Shown in pieces: positions 55,995 to 64,000 of a DNA stretch of 64,000 bases. Position numbers and translations under genes: made by a program. Origin of the DNA: Deltaproteobacteria bacterium. Lineage in GTDB: Bacteria > Myxococcota_A > Polyangia > Fen-1088. Every line of letters starts with the position of its first letter. The stretch's first letter is position 1. The stretch is taken from NCBI GenBank assembly GCA_033763315.1, contig JANRKS010000006.1:64001-128000 (forward strand), in the 5' to 3' direction. Under the pieces are notes generated by a model that saw only the letters and a list, made by a program, of their open reading frames with translations, searched no databases and had not been told where the DNA came from.

Positions 55995-56930
55995 GTGCGC
56001 TGTCTTGTAAAGGCTTGTTTGGCCGCCCTTGCCTTGTCCGTTGTTTGCCGTGCGCCTCATGTTCGCGCCGCGCGGCCATCGCTGGCGGGCGCGATCGACA
56101 TGCACTGTCACACCAGCCCCGACGTTGTTCCTCGCCTGCTTGATGCCGTGTCTCTCGCGCGGCAGGCTCGCCAAAGAGGGCTTCGCGCCATCGTGTTCAA
56201 AGATCACCTGACGCCATCGGCGGCCAAAGCTGCCTTGGTAGCGCAAGCGGTGCGCGGTGTTGAGGTGTTCGGGGGCATCGTGTTGAACCATTCCGTGGGA
56301 GGCATCAACCCCGCGGCTGTGGAGGCGATGGCCTTAACGACTGGGCAACATGGCAAGGTTGTTTGGCTTCCCACTGTGGACGCGGAGAATCACGTGAAGC
56401 AGGACCGTCGCTCGCGTCGTGACGTGACGCCGGTGAAGGTCTTCGAAAACGGCAAGCCTGTTGCGGCCCTCTTGGAGATTTTCGAGTTGTGTCGCCGCTA
56501 CGATTTGGTTTTGGCAACGGGGCATGTGTCCGTTGCGGAATCGCTGATGATCACGAAGGCGGCGTTGCGTGCGGGTGTGAACAAGGTGCTGGTCACACAC
56601 GCCACCGATTGGCCCATATTCGCAAGCGTCGAGGAAATAGGAAGTCTCGTGGACAGCGGGGCGTTTGTGGAACTGGCGCTCCCGATTGCACGAAACGGCA
56701 TCTCCCATCCAGACATCGAAGCGCAGTTCGATAAGCTAGCTAGCGCATTCGTTAGGGTAGGTGCCCAGCACCTTGTGTTGTCATCCGATCTCGGACAGCC
56801 CGACAACCCGCCGCATGTGCATGGCCTGGCGCGTTTTGTTGCGGCGCTTGAAAAGCGGGGGGTGCCTGAAAAGGACCTCGAGCGCGCAATCAAGACGAAC
56901 CCAGCCTACCTGCTGGGGTTGACCAAATGA
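55995..56930 (+). CDS. Secreted amidohydrolase-fold protein (DUF6282-like)
   Basis: Signal peptide; IDMHCHTSPD, FKDH, GGIVLN.SVGGIN..AVE, VWLPT, ATGH, VTH, SSDLGQ, NPA.LLGL. Confidence 0.8.
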   Translation: MRCLVKACLAALALSVVCRAPHVRAARPSLAGAIDMHCHTSPDVVPRLLDAVSLARQARQRGLRAIVFKDHLTPSAAKAALVAQAVRGVEVFGGIVLNHSVGGINPAAVEAMALTTGQHGKVVWLPTVDAENHVKQDRRSRRDVTPVKVFENGKPVAALLEIFELCRRYDLVLATGHVSVAESLMITKAALRAGVNKVLVTHATDWPIFASVEEIGSLVDSGAFVELALPIARNGISHPDIEAQFDKLASAFVRVGAQHLVLSSDLGQPDNPPHVHGLARFVAALEKRGVPEKDLERAIKTNPAYLLGLTK

Positions 56931-57985
56931 CGATCCTCGATCGGCTGGCCCGCGTGCCTGGGGGCCTCATGCTGGTGCCGCTGCTTATCGGCACCTCCCT
57001 CAACACGGTCGAGCAGCTGCACGTGACGGCCATCGAGGCCACGCTTGGGTGGCTTGGTGTTGAACCGACGACCCACGCTGCCGATGGGCACCTGCATCGT
57101 TCGTTCTTGAACATCGGTGGCTTCACAAGCGCCTTGGCGGGGCCCGGGGCCACGACACTTATTGCCCTCTTCCTGGTTTGCGTGGCGTCTCAGATGGACT
57201 TCGGGGTTGGTCGCAAAGCGGTGAAGAAGGGATTCACTTTGATGTTGACCAAGTGGGTGGTGGGCGTCGCCACCGCGTATGGCCTCACGGCTTTTGGCGA
57301 CGGCTTCCATGGGCCGTTTGGCTTAACGACGATGACCATCATCGCCGGCATGACCAACGCCAACGGCGGCCTGTATATGGCGCTTACATCGAAATATGGC
57401 GACCGTTCTGACGTGGGCGCCATCAGCGTTATCTCGTTAAACGACGGGCCGTTTTTGACAATGCTGGGGTTGGGCATTCTTGGGCAAAGGTTCCCGGCGC
57501 ATGCGTTCGTCTCCGTGTTGCTCCCCATCGCTGTAGGCTTTTTGCTGGGCATGTGGGACCCACGTGTGCGGCGGTTTCTTGCGCCTGGGGAGCGCTTGGC
57601 GGTCCCGTTCTTTGCCTTCGCGCTCGGCACCAAGCTTAGCTTCGGCGTTTTTTTCGACACCTCAGCGCTGTTGGGGGGCGTTGTTTTGGGCCTCCTGACG
57701 CTGGTGTTCACAGGGCTAGCTTGCGCCCAGGCGTTGCGAATGGTGGGGGAGAAATACCCGATTGCCGCCTGGTGCGACGCCTCCACGGCGGGCAACGCCG
57801 TGCAAACGCCAGCGGCCGTGGCCCTGGCGGTGGGGGCATCCACGGCGGCTGGCGCCGCGACGAAGTTCGCACAGGCCGCGCCCTTGGCGATGGCGCAGAT
57901 TTCGATTTCGGTGCTGACGACCGCGTTGTTGTGCCCCTTGGCTGTGTCGTACCTGGCAAGGCGGTGGCGCAGCGGCACGAAATAG
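56927..57985 (+). CDS. kdgT: 2-keto-3-deoxygluconate permease family transporter
   Basis: VPGGLMLVPL, MTNANGGLY, SLNDGPFLTM, PFFAFALG, STAGNAV.TP; ATGA overlap with the upstream gene. Confidence 0.9.
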   Translation: MTILDRLARVPGGLMLVPLLIGTSLNTVEQLHVTAIEATLGWLGVEPTTHAADGHLHRSFLNIGGFTSALAGPGATTLIALFLVCVASQMDFGVGRKAVKKGFTLMLTKWVVGVATAYGLTAFGDGFHGPFGLTTMTIIAGMTNANGGLYMALTSKYGDRSDVGAISVISLNDGPFLTMLGLGILGQRFPAHAFVSVLLPIAVGFLLGMWDPRVRRFLAPGERLAVPFFAFALGTKLSFGVFFDTSALLGGVVLGLLTLVFTGLACAQALRMVGEKYPIAAWCDASTAGNAVQTPAAVALAVGASTAAGAATKFAQAAPLAMAQISISVLTTALLCPLAVSYLARRWRSGTK

Positions 57986-58029
57986 GGCCTCGACCCATAG
58001 AAGCTTCAAGAACGGGATATACTTGTAGT

Positions 58030-59340
58030 GTGATTGAAGCGGCAACCCGGCGTCTTGGCGAAGCCAAAACCATCATCGTGAACAGACTGCGCGTGCTCGT
58101 GGTCGATGGACCCGACAGCAAAAAAACGTTTGATCTGCCAAAATCGCAGAAGCTTTCGATAGGCTCGGCGCCTGACAACGACATCGTGCTTGGCGACCGA
58201 ACGGTGAGCCGTTACCACGTTGAGATCGAGCGCACGCCGTTGGGGATCAGGGTGCGCGACCTGGGTAGTTCAAACGGCACGCAACTGCAGTCGCTGTGGA
58301 TCAACGATGTCATCGTTCCGCCAGGCACCTGCATTCAAGTGGGGGCCACGACCTTGCGGCTCGAAGATGCAGATGCCGCCTCTCATACAGTTTTGGATAG
58401 CGCCATCGAGATTCCAACCATCGTGGGCAAGAGTCAGGCGATCGCGGAAGTGCGCGGCGCGATTGCGCGGCTGGCGAAGGCACACACGTCGGTGCTCATC
58501 GGCGGTGAGACGGGTACGGGCAAAGAACTGGTGGCACGTGCCATCCACGAACACTCTGACCGTGCAAAACAGCCGTTCGTGGTTGTGGATTGTGGTTCGC
58601 TGCCGGCCACGCTGATCGCGTCTGAATTGTTCGGCCATGAGCGTGGCGCGTTTACCAGCGCCGACAAACTGCACATTGGCGCTTTCGAGCGCGCCCAGGC
58701 GGGAACCATTTTCCTTGATGAAGTTGGCGAACTTCCCCCGCAGGTGCAGGCGGCCTTGTTGGGCGTTTTGGAGCGACGAGAATTTCGGCGCCTAGGTGGT
58801 GAGAAGCAACTGCAGATGTCTGCGCGGGTGCTGGCCGCAACGAATCGTGATTTGCGGGCAGAGGTGAACAAGGGCACCTTTCGCGCGGACTTGTATTACC
58901 GGCTTTCGATCACCAAAATCACGCTGCCACCGCTGCGCGAGCGACCCGAAGACATTGAAGACCTGGTTGCCTTCTTTATCGATGAGTTGGCGGGCCAAAG
59001 TGGCCACGAACTGTTCTCTGCGGAAGCCTTGGCAACGTTGCGCCGGCAAAACTGGAGCGGCAACATCCGCGAGCTGCGTAACGTTGTTGAAGCCGCTTTG
59101 GCGATGGGGCAGCTGCAAATCGAGGGAGAGCCGTCACGGAAAAACGCCGGCCCTCACGATGAACCGGATGCCTTGCCTCCTTATCGTCACGCCCGAGCCG
59201 AGGCGCTCACCAGCTTCGAATTGCAGTACTTGACGCGATTGATGGAGGAGGCCGGACGAAACGCATCAGAGGCCGCGCGTCGGGCTCGCATGGATCGACC
59301 CTATCTTTTGTCGCTTCTTAAGCGCCACGGCATGCGTTAA
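58030..59340 (+). CDS. FHA-domain sigma54-dependent enhancer-binding protein
   Basis: FHA IGS..DNDIVL.D.TVSRYH...DLGSSNGT; GETGTGKE, ELFGHERGAFTSA, FLDEVGE, FRADLYYRL, WSGNIREL; C-terminal HTH. Start moved to GTG 58030. Confidence 0.93.
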   Translation: MIEAATRRLGEAKTIIVNRLRVLVVDGPDSKKTFDLPKSQKLSIGSAPDNDIVLGDRTVSRYHVEIERTPLGIRVRDLGSSNGTQLQSLWINDVIVPPGTCIQVGATTLRLEDADAASHTVLDSAIEIPTIVGKSQAIAEVRGAIARLAKAHTSVLIGGETGTGKELVARAIHEHSDRAKQPFVVVDCGSLPATLIASELFGHERGAFTSADKLHIGAFERAQAGTIFLDEVGELPPQVQAALLGVLERREFRRLGGEKQLQMSARVLAATNRDLRAEVNKGTFRADLYYRLSITKITLPPLRERPEDIEDLVAFFIDELAGQSGHELFSAEALATLRRQNWSGNIRELRNVVEAALAMGQLQIEGEPSRKNAGPHDEPDALPPYRHARAEALTSFELQYLTRLMEEAGRNASEAARRARMDRPYLLSLLKRHGMR

Positions 59341-59358
59341 CGCGTGATTGCCAACTCG

Positions 59359-59928
59359 CTAATCTGGTCCAAAACAGCCCGCAATCGGTGTTTGTCTGTC
59401 GTTGGTGAGGCAGTCAACCTGGGGGCGAATCAGGTTGGCTCCGGCGCTCGCGTTGGTCATGCCGCAGATCCTTCCCCACGACGGAAACCTTTGAGGCTCA
59501 AACCAGGCTTGTTTGCATGAACAAAGGCGGGGCTCCCCTGTGCGCGCCTCGCCCGATTCGATCGTGGCCAATTGCAAGCAATAGGTTGTCTGTGGATCCA
59601 CATCCTCAAACCTTGCAGGCTGGGCGAGGCGCAAAAGATTATTGATCGTCACGGGCATGGGCCCACCACAGGTACACTGGCTTTGCGTGAGCTCACAAGC
59701 GCCTGGGGTGCGACAAACGGCGCAGTTCGGCCCCCTCGCCAGCATCAGCCGCATCACCAACGTGTCCATCGGCCGCGGCATGCCATCGACTTCGGCGCCG
59801 CATTCTTTCGAGTTGTTTTCTGGCTTGATGACAGTTTCGAGCACAGGCCGCGAATCGCAGCTAAGTGCGATCACTGCCGGTAGGAGGAGCATGAAGGTGG
59901 CGCGGCAAACGCGTTGAGGTTTTGTCAT
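59359..59928 (-). CDS. Cys-rich hypothetical lipoprotein
   Basis: Lipobox ALSC and many cysteines; starts 7 nt after the PEGA gene stop. Confidence 0.65.
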   Translation of the reverse strand: MTKPQRVCRATFMLLLPAVIALSCDSRPVLETVIKPENNSKECGAEVDGMPRPMDTLVMRLMLARGPNCAVCRTPGACELTQSQCTCGGPMPVTINNLLRLAQPARFEDVDPQTTYCLQLATIESGEARTGEPRLCSCKQAWFEPQRFPSWGRICGMTNASAGANLIRPQVDCLTNDRQTPIAGCFGPD

Positions 59929-59935
59929 GGTGGCC

Positions 59936-61048
59936 TCAGGGCGCCGGTTGAAAAACAAGGTCGTACCGCGTGGACGTGTCGCGCGCGAGGAGGTAGGTGG
60001 CCACGCCTGCGCTCACGAGTGCGATGCCCACGGAGCCCCATATCCAAGTGGCTCGGCTTATCAACGGTGGCTTGTTCTGGTCGTGCCAGCTCATGATCGC
60101 AATCCGCACCGCGCTGAAAGCCGATGGCGCCCGGCCCTGCGCAACGATCTTGTCTTGCCGGTAGTCATAGAGCGCCGCTCGAAAGACCTGCGGTTTCTCA
60201 GGAGCCACCGCCACAGCCACATCTGCCGCGCCGGCTACGGCGGCCGCCCGTAACATGTCGACGCCCAGCAGAGTCTGTTTCGCTGCCATCCCCTCAGACC
60301 ACTGCGCCAACGCCTCGCGGGACGACGCAGGATCAAGGGACACAGTGACTGAGGTCGGGCCTTCAACCACGAGAGCGACCGAACTGCTGCGGTAGCCACG
60401 CATTGAGGCCGACACGAAGTGTTCACCCTCATCGAGCGCAATCACACAGGGGCCTTGGCCGCAGCGCAGACTTTTGCCGTCAACAGATACGTCCGCAGAA
60501 GCGGGCTGCGTTTTCACCGCAAGAGGGTGCCGCTTTCTCTTCTCCTGGGCCTTCGCTTCCTCCTGCACCATGGCCTTGAAGTCAGGTCTCATGAGGGTCA
60601 AGGTGACTGGGGGGGGCAACCTCAGCGCCAGGAGTCGCCTGACTGCCTCTCGAGCGCGCTCCGTCTCGCCAACAGCGGCAAGACAAGCAGCGCCAATCGT
60701 TCCCACCTCGCTGGCCTCGGGCAGGTGATGAGCGGTGATCAGCGTGTGCAGCTGCGCCGCAGGCTCGTGCGAAAGCACCAGGCAACGTAGAAAGTCTGCC
60801 TCAAGGTAGGCGTCCTTCAGGGCTCGTACCGTGCGGGTGGGGGAATCGGGTTGGGGACGCTCAGGCTGAATCGATGTCCAGCGACCTCCCGTCGAACGGG
60901 CGGCATCAAGCGCAATCCCCACGTCCTCCGCATGAGCCGCAACAACCCCTTGCGGCCCCCCCACGGGCACGGCGGCCGGCGCGGCAAGCAGGGGGCCGGA
61001 CACACACACAGTCAACGAAGCGCAGAGCCACGCTTGGACTGTTATCAT
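59936..61048 (-). CDS. PEGA domain protein with C-terminal hydrophobic segment
   Basis: Signal-like N-terminus from ATG 61048; VKTQPASADVSVDG...L..GEH.V.A...GY (PEGA); WIWGSVGIALVSAGVATY. Confidence 0.78.
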   Translation of the reverse strand: MITVQAWLCASLTVCVSGPLLAAPAAVPVGGPQGVVAAHAEDVGIALDAARSTGGRWTSIQPERPQPDSPTRTVRALKDAYLEADFLRCLVLSHEPAAQLHTLITAHHLPEASEVGTIGAACLAAVGETERAREAVRRLLALRLPPPVTLTLMRPDFKAMVQEEAKAQEKRKRHPLAVKTQPASADVSVDGKSLRCGQGPCVIALDEGEHFVSASMRGYRSSSVALVVEGPTSVTVSLDPASSREALAQWSEGMAAKQTLLGVDMLRAAAVAGAADVAVAVAPEKPQVFRAALYDYRQDKIVAQGRAPSAFSAVRIAIMSWHDQNKPPLISRATWIWGSVGIALVSAGVATYLLARDTSTRYDLVFQPAP

Positions 61049-61056
61049 GAAGGTTC

Positions 61057-62589
61057 GTGTCCGAATCCCAGCCTCGCCCCCGGTACAGACTGACCCGCAC
61101 GGTTGCCCGGGGTGGCATGGCCCAGGTGTACGACGCGTGGGCGTTGGGCGAAAGTGGCTTTGAAAGAAGAGTCGCACTAAAGAGGGTTCTTCCCGAGTAC
61201 CTGGATGATACAGCGATTCGTCGCATGTTTCTTGATGAGGCGCGCATCGCCAGCCAACTGCACCACGGCAACATTGTTCCCGTCATCGACTACGGAACAA
61301 TTGATGGCACGGAATTCTTGGCCATGGAGTTCGTGGATGGGGTGGACGCGCGCAAAGCGGTCAAGGCCGCGGCGGCGCGTGGTGAGACGATGCCCCTTGA
61401 GGTTGGCCTGAACATCATCGCCGCCATCGCGCATGCGCTTGATTACGCCCATGGCCTCAAGGATAAGAACGGCCAGGCGGTTGGCATCGTCCACCGAGAT
61501 GTCACGCCCCAAAACGTGCTGTTGTCCTGGAATGGCGACGTGTTGCTCTCCGACTTCGGCATCGCTTTGGCAACGAATCGTGACGAGCGAACAAAGACCG
61601 GCTTGATCAAGGGGAAGCTGGGGTTCATCGCACCGGAACAGCTGCAGGGCAAACACGCGACGACCGCTGTCGATATTTTTGGCCTGGGGGCCACGTTGCA
61701 CGCGCTGCTGACCGGCGATTCGCCCGTTGAACAAGCTGCGGCCGCGAGCGGCCTGTCCATGCACCTTGAGATTGCGCCCGAATTGCCGCCGGAGGTTCAA
61801 AGGTTGGTGGCCGAATGTATGAGCCTGGAGCCGCAGGCCCGGCCCACGGCCCGGCAGATGGCTGCTCGTTGTATCGAACTGCTGGCGTTGCGGACCCACG
61901 GCGACGGACGCAGTCTAATCCGCGATTGGTTGGCGGGCCTGCGGGCCGATTTCACCCAGCGCAACGGCCTTGACGATCTAATGCAGATGGTGTTGGTGCC
62001 GATGAACCCTGCGGATCCCAAAACCCTGACGGTGATGCGGATGCAAAGTGGTGCAACAACATCTTTAACTTCGGCTCAAAACCCGAGCTCTCTGCGGCGG
62101 GTTTCGCGGCGGCGGTTTTGGCTTGTGGGTGGCGGCGGCGCGATGTTGGTGGCGGCCGGCACCACGGCGGTTCTTTGGGAGCCCCGTGGTGATCAGAAGC
62201 CTGCGCCTGCGCCGCCTGCGCCGCCTGCGCCTGCGCCTGCGCCGCCGCATCGACCGATGGCGGCTGAGCCGAAACCTCTTGTTTCGCCTCCGTTGCCGCC
62301 ATCGTCGCCCCCGCCAGCTTCACGCGCACATGCGGGCGCAAAGCGCAGAGCGAAGAAGAGCGATCCGTCGGCTCTCGGCTGGCTACGTGTGGGTGGCGCG
62401 GCCCTGGCTGGCGCGGCTGTAAGCGTGGACGGCCGGCGGGTGGGCTTTGCCCCATTAGAGCAAGTCCTACCCGAGGGACTTCATGATCTGCGGGTGACGG
62501 ACGCAAAGACGGGCCGCTTGCTGCATGCGCAGGCCATCACCGTGGCAACCGAGCACACCCGCACGAGTCCCCTTCGCGTTATCCGCTGA
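61057..62589 (+). CDS. Hanks-type Ser/Thr protein kinase with TM helix and PEGA-like C-terminus
   Basis: RGGMAQVY, VALKRV, FLDEARI, HRDVTPQN, DFGIA, FIAPEQ, DIFGLG; TM helix and Pro-rich linker. Confidence 0.95.
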   Translation: MSESQPRPRYRLTRTVARGGMAQVYDAWALGESGFERRVALKRVLPEYLDDTAIRRMFLDEARIASQLHHGNIVPVIDYGTIDGTEFLAMEFVDGVDARKAVKAAAARGETMPLEVGLNIIAAIAHALDYAHGLKDKNGQAVGIVHRDVTPQNVLLSWNGDVLLSDFGIALATNRDERTKTGLIKGKLGFIAPEQLQGKHATTAVDIFGLGATLHALLTGDSPVEQAAAASGLSMHLEIAPELPPEVQRLVAECMSLEPQARPTARQMAARCIELLALRTHGDGRSLIRDWLAGLRADFTQRNGLDDLMQMVLVPMNPADPKTLTVMRMQSGATTSLTSAQNPSSLRRVSRRRFWLVGGGGAMLVAAGTTAVLWEPRGDQKPAPAPPAPPAPAPAPPHRPMAAEPKPLVSPPLPPSSPPPASRAHAGAKRRAKKSDPSALGWLRVGGAALAGAAVSVDGRRVGFAPLEQVLPEGLHDLRVTDAKTGRLLHAQAITVATEHTRTSPLRVIR

Positions 62590-62600
62590 ATGCGGCTCGC

Positions 62601-62644
62601 TGTTGTCCCCGCGGACGCAACACCTGTTGTCTCTCACACAACAG
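62601..62644. promoter_or_regulatory. Two adjacent inverted repeats, putative enhancer (UAS)
   Basis: TGTTG-N12-CAACA (62601-62622) and CTGTTG-N9-CAACAG (62624-62644), about 60-105 bp upstream of a -24/-12 motif. Confidence 0.55.
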
Positions 62645-62674
62645 CCACCCTGCGACAAAAGCATGTCCTGGTCG

Positions 62675-62702
62675 ATTATCAGTAATATAGATTACTAATA
62701 AT
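62675..62702. promoter_or_regulatory. AT-rich palindrome, possible IHF or repressor site
   Basis: ATTATCAGTAAT-ATAG-ATTACTAATAAT, 12-bp arms with one mismatch, in a GC-rich background. Confidence 0.5.
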
Positions 62703-62705
62703 ACG

Positions 62706-62721
62706 TGGCACGCAAGCTGCA
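62706..62721 (+). promoter_or_regulatory. Sigma54 (-24/-12) promoter
   Basis: TGGCAC-GCAAG-CTGCA versus consensus TGGCAC-N5-TTGCW; lies upstream of ATG 62830. Confidence 0.7.
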
Positions 62722-62829
62722 GTAGGAGGGAACAAGGGAATTGTCCCGAAATGGCAAACCGCGGGTGACCGCGCGACGCAAAGCCAACGGAGCTCCGAGG
62801 AGCTGGCCGGGTTTCCGAAGGAGACACAC

Positions 62830-64000
62830 ATGAAGAGCGCAGTCTGGAATTCGTTGAGCGTTTTGTTGGTTGGCGGGGCGGTGGGCTGCGGTGCCGCAGG
62901 CGGGCCCGAAGGAGCTGGGCTTCTGCAAGATGATCCCGTGTCACAGGGTTTGACGTCCGAGAACGGCCTGTCCGCCATCAACGGTTTGTCGGCCATTAAC
63001 GGGCTCGTTGCCTCGAACGGCCTCATGACGGCCAATGGTTTGTCCACCATCAATGGCCTCTCCACCATCAACGGTCTCATGGCGTCGAACGGCTTGATGA
63101 CAAGCAACGGTGGCCGCGCGACGGTGGAATATCTTGCCAAGTGCGCGCTCGGCAACAATGACTACATCGACAAGCAGGATCAAGGCGGCAAGTGGTACCG
63201 ATACTACGGACGCCTGGGTGTGGGTTCGGGATGGAAGGGCGGCGCCTGCGATGCCAACTGCCAGGAGAAGATCTCGGCGTGCATGATGGCGCACATGAAC
63301 AGCACGGGCAACCACGTGCCCATCTTCGTCAATGCCGACCCACAGAAGATGCCATCGGTCGGCATGAGCATGCCATACGCGTCAGGCAGCGACGCTGCCA
63401 TCCAAGAGGGTGTGTTCATGGGCAACATGTTGGCGATGAACCCGCCACAAGCTTTCTTCGTCAAGGGCAACGCCTTCAAAGCAAGCATTCCCGGTCGATT
63501 GGGTGCAAGCAGCAGCAACCCCTACAAGCCTTTTGAGGGCTATCGTGTGGATGAACCAGGTTGGTATTCTGCTCGCGCCGACAAACTGTGCTTCAACCAA
63601 GACGTGGGTGACGGCGAGCACGTGGATTACAGGGCCTGTGCGGCGTCAGACGCACCTTACGGCTGGTGGGCGCGGTCATGGAACAACGTGATGACCACCT
63701 ACGTGAACAACAACTACAACGGTGCCGTGTCACAAAACTGGTCTCCAGTGACGTTCAATTTCGATGGTGACTCGGTGGGATACAAGACCAACAGCCCGGG
63801 CGAGGTTTGGTCGCGGTCAAGCAACTTCGATTTCTCGAACAGCGTGTACTGGGCCACGAGCGGCAAACTTGAAGTGATTGACAACCACGGTGGCCGTCGT
63901 CTTTGCCCAAGCGGCGACCTAGAACACGTGGTTATCACGAAGAACGGCGGCGAGCCTTTCTCGTTGACCGGCATGCGGATCAACCACCGCTTCAACAGCG
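62830..64000 (+). CDS. Lipoprotein with NGLxxx repeats and myxobacterial Cys-rich domain, 3' truncated by the window
   Basis: Not in the ORF track (no stop). RBS AAGGAG; MKSAVWNSLSVLLVGGAVGC..., repeats, then YLAKCAL...GRLGVG..W....C...CQEKISACMMAHMN...QEGVFMGN...PGRLG. Confidence 0.88.
   Translation, partial: MKSAVWNSLSVLLVGGAVGCGAAGGPEGAGLLQDDPVSQGLTSENGLSAINGLSAINGLVASNGLMTANGLSTINGLSTINGLMASNGLMTSNGGRATVEYLAKCALGNNDYIDKQDQGGKWYRYYGRLGVGSGWKGGACDANCQEKISACMMAHMNSTGNHVPIFVNADPQKMPSVGMSMPYASGSDAAIQEGVFMGNMLAMNPPQAFFVKGNAFKASIPGRLGASSSNPYKPFEGYRVDEPGWYSARADKLCFNQDVGDGEHVDYRACAASDAPYGWWARSWNNVMTTYVNNNYNGAVSQNWSPVTFNFDGDSVGYKTNSPGEVWSRSSNFDFSNSVYWATSGKLEVIDNHGGRRLCPSGDLEHVVITKNGGEPFSLTGMRINHRFNS
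62962..63105 (+). repeat. Eight 18-bp coding repeats (NGLxxx)
   Basis: NGLSAI NGLSAI NGLVAS NGLMTA NGLSTI NGLSTI NGLMAS NGLMTS. Confidence 0.9.

Noticed and set aside
62199-62247. Low-complexity GCGCCT/GCCGCC repeats and the poly-Arg ORFs they generate
   Set aside because: They encode the Pro/Ala linker of the kinase; the alternative-frame ORFs are shadows.
358-63995. Hundreds of overlapping antisense or alternative-frame ORFs, many Pro-rich
   Set aside because: Typical shadow ORFs of GC-rich genes and Gly linkers, without recognisable motifs.
1-64000. rRNA, tRNA, CRISPR arrays, prophage or secondary-metabolite cluster
   Set aside because: No recognisable signatures by eye; tRNAscan-SE, Infernal and antiSMASH would be needed to exclude them formally.

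Overview
GC-rich bacterial window, most likely Myxococcota (Polyangia-like), inferred from a MYXO-CTERM protein, FHA-sigma54 activator plus Ser/Thr kinase and many Gly-linker lipoproteins. It has no housekeeping core and is dominated by exported proteins. There are five DUF1592/DUF1588-type CxxCH cytochrome + Tat-exported DUF1552 (HXXSHH) gene pairs within about 44 kb. They are interleaved with three paralogous LamG/ConA-like lipoproteins, a diheme cytochrome c lipoprotein, Tat-secreted glycoside hydrolases (GH5-like, GH106, TIM-barrel GH-like), two lactonase-like beta-propellers, esterases and a pdxA2/DUF1537 kinase/kdgT acid-sugar locus. Non-coding signals read directly from the DNA: (i) a motif TGACCC-N16-GTCTCC in front of an ECF sigma gene and two neighbouring transcription units, a probable local, near-leaderless ECF regulon; (ii) a complete sigma54 promoter architecture (two TGTTG..CAACA inverted repeats, an AT-rich palindrome, -24/-12) upstream of an NGLxxx-repeat lipoprotein; (iii) a ~140 bp direct repeat that is two decayed copies of the 3' end of a hemerythrin-like gene, flanking a nucleotidyltransferase pair and corA. 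No rRNA, tRNA, CRISPR array or complete mobile element was recognised. All family calls come from motif recognition by eye, not database searches, and several start codons were moved from the ORF track.
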